NCBI GenBank assembly: GCA_044225365.1
Contig: JBGAIQ010000049.1
Span: forward strand, 1-41,675
Length of the DNA stretch: 41,675 bases
DNA from: Planctomycetota bacterium
GTDB lineage: Bacteria > Planctomycetota > B15-G4 > JADJEK01
Direction: 5' to 3'
Position numbers and translations under genes: made by a program. This document shows positions 37,136 to 41,675 of the stretch, one piece after another. Numbering within the stretch: the first letter of the stretch is position 1; every line of letters starts with the position of its first letter. The notes beneath the pieces were generated by a model. That model had not been told where the DNA came from and searched no databases. It saw nothing but the letters and a program-made list of their open reading frames with translations.

Positions 37136-39349
37136 GTGGAGTCGAGCTTGTTCGTATCCTGGGGATTGTGCGCAGCGCTTCGTTTCGTCGCTCCGACCCT
37201 CCCGGACGACACGGCCGGCAAGGAACCGTCCGCACCCGCGACTCCGTTGTACGGCATCGAACTCGCGGTCGACGATGTCGCCGCCGCGGTCGATTTCTAT
37301 GTTCGCGCGGCGGGATTCGTGGTCGAGGCCGACTTCGGCGGCGAGAGCGACGCCGTCCTGGTGAACGGCGAACTGCGGCTCCTGTTGCGCAAGGTCGCCG
37401 TCGCGGCCGGCGCCGGACCCGGGCCGCGCCTGGATCTTCGCGTTCCGGACCCGAAGGCCGCCGCGCTCGCTGCTCGCGCCATCGGCGGCAGAGTCGGAGA
37501 TCCCACGCCGACGGCCGGTCCGCTCGGTAGCGGCGTGACGGTCGAGGATCCGTCGGGCAACCCGCTGCGGTTCGTCGAGATCGCCGCGGCCTGGCCAGCC
37601 GCCACGAGCACGCCCGCGGAAGCCTCGCGGCCCGCCGTGCTCGACGTGCGTGTGGACGTGGGCGACGTATCCGCGACGAAGGACTTCTTCGCTGCGCTCG
37701 GCCTGCGCGCAAGGAGCCACGATTCCGCAACGACGGCACTCCTTCGGGATGGCGCCGAGAAGGACGGAGCCGCCGAGAGAACTGGCGTCTTGCTCGAGGC
37801 CCGTTCGACCGATTCCTCCGTCGCGTCCGCGGCGCCGCGCGGCGCGCTGCTGTTCGCTTGCGATCGGCTCGAGACGACCGTGCCCGTCCTCGCAGGTCGC
37901 GGCATCGCGCTCGCGAGCACGATGCGCTCCCGAACGGCGTGCGGGCTCGCGCGATCGCTTCGCGCTCCCGACGGCGTGCGCGCGCGGCTCGTCGAGCGAT
38001 CGCCCGCACGACGAGCGTTCGAGCGACTGCGCAGCCTCGCCGGCGACTGGAAGGGGAAGAGTACGAAGGGCTGGACCGATATCGTCGAGTACAAGGTGAT
38101 TGCGCACGGCACCGTCGTGATGCGGACGAGCTTCGATGCGCATCCCGGCGAGACGATGGCGAGCCTCTTCCACATGGACGGCGAGCGCTTGATGCTCACG
38201 CACTATTGCGTCGCCGGGAATCAGCCACGGCTCGTCGCCACGAAGTTCGAGGACGGCGGAAATCGCATCACGTTCGAGTTCCTCGACGGCGGCGATCTCG
38301 ACTCGCGCGATCAGGGCCACATGGACAAGCACGAGATCGTCGTGGAGGACGCCGACCATTTCCGCTCGCGATGGACATGGTACGAAGCGGGCCACGAGAG
38401 CTGGATGGAGGACATCGAGCACGTTCGAGCGGGCAAGGAGAGCGAGGCGCCGCTCGCCGGCGTCGCTGACGCGTCGCAGGAGCACGCGTCACACGAGCAC
38501 GGGTCGGGGACATCCAAAGTTCCCTCCGCGTCGCCACCGCGTGCCCTTCTGTGGGAGGAGGGGGTGAAGAACGCCTATCCGCACTGGTCGCACGACGGCT
38601 CCCGCATCCTGTACCAGTCCAACGCGGGCGGCAAGTGGCGTCTCTACGTGATGAACAAAGATGGCTCGGGAAGGGTCGCCCTCACCGAGGGCGCCGCGAA
38701 CGACGACTTCCCGGACTGGTCACCCGACAATTCGCGGATCGCGTTCGTCTCCGATCGCAGCGGGAACGAAGAGATCTGCGTGATGAACGCCGACGGCAGC
38801 GATTTCCAGACGCTCACCCGTGATCCTGCGCGCGACATCCATCCGTACTGGTCGCAGGACGGAACGAAGATCCTCTTCAGCTCCACGCGCAGCGGCGACA
38901 AGTTTCAGCTCTACGAGATGTCTGCCACCGGCGGAGAAGCGCGACGGCTCGTGAAGAGCGACGACGACGACACCTGCGCGCGCGTCTCGCCGAACGGCGA
39001 CAAGATCCTGTACCTGACGAATCTCGCCAAGGGCCAGGACGACGTGATCGTTCGCGATCGCGATGGCGGCAACCCCGCGAACATCACCGCCGACGCCGCC
39101 GCCGACGGCTGGCCGGTGTGGACGCCGGACGGCGCACACATCGTCTTCTCGTCGGCGCGCTCCGGCATTTTCCGATTGTTCCGGATGGACTCCGCCGGCG
39201 GAAACGCGCAAGAGCTCACCACGCCGGAACAGGGATCCTTCGATGCGCGAGCGAGCGTCTCGCCCGATGGCCGATCGATCGTGTTCAATCGCGAGCGCGG
39301 CGACACCATCGGGATCCTCGTCCTGGAGATGCCCGCCGCGGGTGATTGA
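37136..39349 (+). CDS. Multidomain protein: two VOC/glyoxalase-like domains, an uncharacterised THYC domain and a TolB/PD40 propeller
   Basis: LAVDDVAAAVDFY...EDPSGNPL (VOC); FHMDGERLMLTHYCVAGNQPRL; PD40 repeats PHWSHDG, PDWSPDN, PYWSQDG, VSPNG, PVWTPDG and VSPDG. Start uncertain (ORF open from 36944). Confidence 0.75.
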   Translation: MESSLFVSWGLCAALRFVAPTLPDDTAGKEPSAPATPLYGIELAVDDVAAAVDFYVRAAGFVVEADFGGESDAVLVNGELRLLLRKVAVAAGAGPGPRLDLRVPDPKAAALAARAIGGRVGDPTPTAGPLGSGVTVEDPSGNPLRFVEIAAAWPAATSTPAEASRPAVLDVRVDVGDVSATKDFFAALGLRARSHDSATTALLRDGAEKDGAAERTGVLLEARSTDSSVASAAPRGALLFACDRLETTVPVLAGRGIALASTMRSRTACGLARSLRAPDGVRARLVERSPARRAFERLRSLAGDWKGKSTKGWTDIVEYKVIAHGTVVMRTSFDAHPGETMASLFHMDGERLMLTHYCVAGNQPRLVATKFEDGGNRITFEFLDGGDLDSRDQGHMDKHEIVVEDADHFRSRWTWYEAGHESWMEDIEHVRAGKESEAPLAGVADASQEHASHEHGSGTSKVPSASPPRALLWEEGVKNAYPHWSHDGSRILYQSNAGGKWRLYVMNKDGSGRVALTEGAANDDFPDWSPDNSRIAFVSDRSGNEEICVMNADGSDFQTLTRDPARDIHPYWSQDGTKILFSSTRSGDKFQLYEMSATGGEARRLVKSDDDDTCARVSPNGDKILYLTNLAKGQDDVIVRDRDGGNPANITADAAADGWPVWTPDGAHIVFSSARSGIFRLFRMDSAGGNAQELTTPEQGSFDARASVSPDGRSIVFNRERGDTIGILVLEMPAAGD

Positions 39350-39481
39350 TCCGGTTTCGGAACGGAGGACTCGGTGCGAAGCACGACAGCCGGGAAGACG
39401 TGCAACGATCACCCGGTCGATTCGTAGAATCCCGCCTTCTCGCTCCCTACCCATCTTTTCAGGAACGATCGGAGTTCGCTC

Positions 39482-39925
39482 ATGAATCGCCGCCTCACCG
39501 GTCTGCAGGTCTTTGGCTTCGCCGTCCTCGCCGTACCGGCCGCCCTCGCACTGTTCGCGGAACCGCCGAAGAAGAGCCCCGGTATCAAGACCGAGATGAG
39601 CAAGATGAAGGATGGATTGAAGGCACTGAGCAAGGACCTCGCCGACCCGAAGAAGACGGCCGCGTGCCTCGACACCGTGATGTCGATGGAGGACGCGATG
39701 CAGATGTGCAAGCTGAACGAGCCGCCGACGGCCGCCAAGCTGGAGAAGGAAGAGAAGGCGAAGAACATCGCCGAGTACAAGAAGGCGCTGATCGGAGTGC
39801 AGCGCGACCTCCTCGATCTCGAGACCGCGATCCTCGACAACGACATGAAGAAGGCGCAGGAGCTCGCCGACAAGGTCGCGTCCGACAAGGGCCCGGCGCA
39901 CGAGAAATTCAATCCGCGCAAGTGA
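39482..39925 (+). CDS. Cytochrome b562-like periplasmic protein (paralogue)
   Basis: Signal peptide, IKTEMSKMKDGLK, EPP, IAEYKKALI and C-terminal PAHEKF. Clearly homologous to 36418-36921. GGAG RBS. Confidence 0.8.
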   Translation: MNRRLTGLQVFGFAVLAVPAALALFAEPPKKSPGIKTEMSKMKDGLKALSKDLADPKKTAACLDTVMSMEDAMQMCKLNEPPTAAKLEKEEKAKNIAEYKKALIGVQRDLLDLETAILDNDMKKAQELADKVASDKGPAHEKFNPRK

Positions 39926-39949
39926 TCGCGCGCGGAGCGCGCGATCACT
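39921..39949 (+). terminator. Perfect 13-bp hairpin overlapping the stop codon
   Basis: AGTGATCGCGCGC-GGA-GCGCGCGATCACT. No U-tract. Confidence 0.5.
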
Positions 39950-39950
39950 C

Positions 39951-39966
39951 GTAGGGGCGCACGGCT
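39951..39966 (+). repeat. Half of a GTAG-type REP palindrome, interrupted by the IS
   Basis: GTAGGGGCGCACGGCT abuts the IS left end and has the GTAG tetranucleotide typical of REPs. Confidence 0.55.
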
Positions 39967-41675
39967 GAGGCTGTCTCGAAATCCTCGAGTAACTGAGTTC
40001 GACCGGAAACCATGAGCACGAGCACTCGTATTCAGTGCTGGTGTTCGGGATTCGCACTGGGAGCGGTCGATGTCGCATCACATTCACGCCGACTACAAGC
40101 AGCCGCTGCTGTTTCCCCTGAGCGTCGAAGACTGGGTTGGTCCGGATCATCCGGCCCGGTTCATTCGTGAGCGTGTTGATGCGATGGATCTCAAAGCACT
40201 GGGCTTCCGTACCGCGAGCGACGGGGCTGGTCGCCCGGCCTTCTCTGACGAACTGCTGCTGAAAGTCGTCCTGTACGGATGGATGATCAAGATTCGTTCT
40301 GCGCGTGCGATCGAGCAAGCGTGTCGCGATGTCATGCCGATGATCTGGCTTTCGGGCCGGACCGAGCCAGATCACAACACGATCTGGCGCTTCCTCAAGC
40401 GCAGCAAGCAACCGCTTCAACGTGTGTTCGAAATGACGGTGAGCCTCGCGTCGGAGATGGGTTTGGTTTCGATGGTGACGAACGCGCTGGATGGGACGAA
40501 GATCCCTGCGGTGAGCTCGATCGACAGCGGGGATCACGCCGATTCGCTGAGACGCAGGGCCGAGAAGCTCGACGCCGCGATCAAGAAGACGTACGCCGAC
40601 ATCCAAAACGAGATCGAAGAACAGAAGGACCGCCCGAGCGATCGGCTTCCAGAAGAACTGCGTGACAAGCAGACGTTGAAAGCCAAGATCGAGGAGAAGC
40701 TCGCACAGCTCGAGCGCGCGGGTCGCAATCACATGAGTCCGAACGAGCCCGAAGCCGAGGTAATGAAGCTGCGCGGAGGAAAGAAGGAGTTCGGCTTCAA
40801 CGCGCAGACCGTCGTGGACTCGAAGGCACGGCTCATCGTCGCGCAAGAAGTGGTGACCGACGCGAACGATCAGAAGCAACTCGTCCCGATGATGCAAAAG
40901 GCGGAAACGACAGTCGGCCGCCGCGCCGAGGTGACGCTCGCGGATTCTGGGTACCACACCGGCACGGCGATCCAACAGGCCGAGCAAGCGGGCTTGAACG
41001 TTCTCGTGAACGAGCCGCGCGGCCCGAGCCGCGAGGACGGCGAAGTCGATCTGAGCCACAAGCAATTCAAGTACGACGAATCGCAGAACACCTGCCAGTG
41101 CCCAACTGGACCGATGCTGGATCTCGAGCGAGTTGAGAAGCCCAACAAGCAGGGCATTCTCGTGTCGGTGTTCCGCTGTCATCACGGAGCCGAATGTCCG
41201 CTCGCCGCGATATGCACCAAGGACAAGCGGGGTCGATCGATCGAAATCGCTCCGTTCCATGGAGCGGTCGGAAGGCAGCGAGCGAAGCGTGAAGGACCGG
41301 AGGGCCGCGCCGTCATCAAGCAACGAGGGTCTCTCGTTGAACAACCCTACGCCGATATCAAAAGCACACTCGGATTCTGGAGGTTCACGTACTGGAGACT
41401 TGCGGGTGCAAGGCTCCAATGGGCGATCGCCTGTACGGTCTACAACCTCAGACGACTGATGAAGCTGACCTGGAAACCCGCAGTGGCCCTGTGAAGGACG
41501 CGATGATGCGTGTACCGGACGCAGAAAACCGGTGACAGAGCAGCGCGATCCGCGACGTCGAGAAAGACTGAGCGATTGATCGAACGCGATCCGAGCGGAT
41601 CCTCGACGAGAACGACATCGTGCTCGTTGAATCCGGAACACGAGAGCTTGCACAAGTCGAATCTGGGACGGCCTC
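39967..41675 (+). mobile_element. IS1182-family insertion sequence (~1.7 kb)
   Basis: Left end GAGGCTGTCTCGAAAT. Right end AATCTGGGACGGCCTC (reverse complement GAGGCCGTCCCAGATT, 11/16 match) is the last 16 nt of the window. Encloses the transposase. Confidence 0.85.
40070..41494 (+). CDS. IS1182-family DDE transposase
   Basis: QPLLFPLSVEDWVGPDHPARFI, GRPAF, PDHNTIWRF, LDGTKI, LADSGY, CQCPTG and VEQPYADIK. Intact 474 aa. Confidence 0.93.
   Translation: MSHHIHADYKQPLLFPLSVEDWVGPDHPARFIRERVDAMDLKALGFRTASDGAGRPAFSDELLLKVVLYGWMIKIRSARAIEQACRDVMPMIWLSGRTEPDHNTIWRFLKRSKQPLQRVFEMTVSLASEMGLVSMVTNALDGTKIPAVSSIDSGDHADSLRRRAEKLDAAIKKTYADIQNEIEEQKDRPSDRLPEELRDKQTLKAKIEEKLAQLERAGRNHMSPNEPEAEVMKLRGGKKEFGFNAQTVVDSKARLIVAQEVVTDANDQKQLVPMMQKAETTVGRRAEVTLADSGYHTGTAIQQAEQAGLNVLVNEPRGPSREDGEVDLSHKQFKYDESQNTCQCPTGPMLDLERVEKPNKQGILVSVFRCHHGAECPLAAICTKDKRGRSIEIAPFHGAVGRQRAKREGPEGRAVIKQRGSLVEQPYADIKSTLGFWRFTYWRLAGARLQWAIACTVYNLRRLMKLTWKPAVAL

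Noticed and set aside
1-41675. tRNA, rRNA, integrase, phage or known defence genes
   Set aside because: No recognisable signatures seen by eye. A covariance-model scan was not possible.

Overview
GC-rich bacterial DNA. The gene content (Tat-exported Gfo/Idh/MocA proteins, DUF1080, FGE-like protein, carboxypeptidase-regulatory-like protein, b562-like cytochromes) suggests Planctomycetota/PVC, but this is inference. The window starts inside a tandem repeat and ends exactly at an IS end, so it is probably a whole contig. It holds about 32 credible CDS. Recognisable genes are tesA-ybbA-ybbP, tal-gndA, an ABC-2 exporter, hutI, a CorC/hemolysin-family gene and apbE. Accessory content includes two sulfotransferases with a GT4, a DUF1080 gene divergent from an aldos-2-ulose-dehydratase-like propeller, a periplasmic redox cluster, and an IS1182-family element that appears inserted in a REP palindrome. 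Most unusual: (i) a 2.1-kb unit (29205-31311) in which ~233-bp, ~97% identical, highly structured inverted repeats enclose one self-contained cargo gene between two convergent stop codons, built from REP-like motifs that recur at 3352-3549; (ii) a run of apparently catalytically dead proteins: two Zn-finger gluzincin-like paralogues lacking the catalytic Glu, a His-less histidine-kinase-like protein, and a GAF-Fis regulator without an AAA+ domain; (iii) a VOC/unknown/TolB fusion between two b562-like genes. All calls come from reading motifs by eye; no database search was run.
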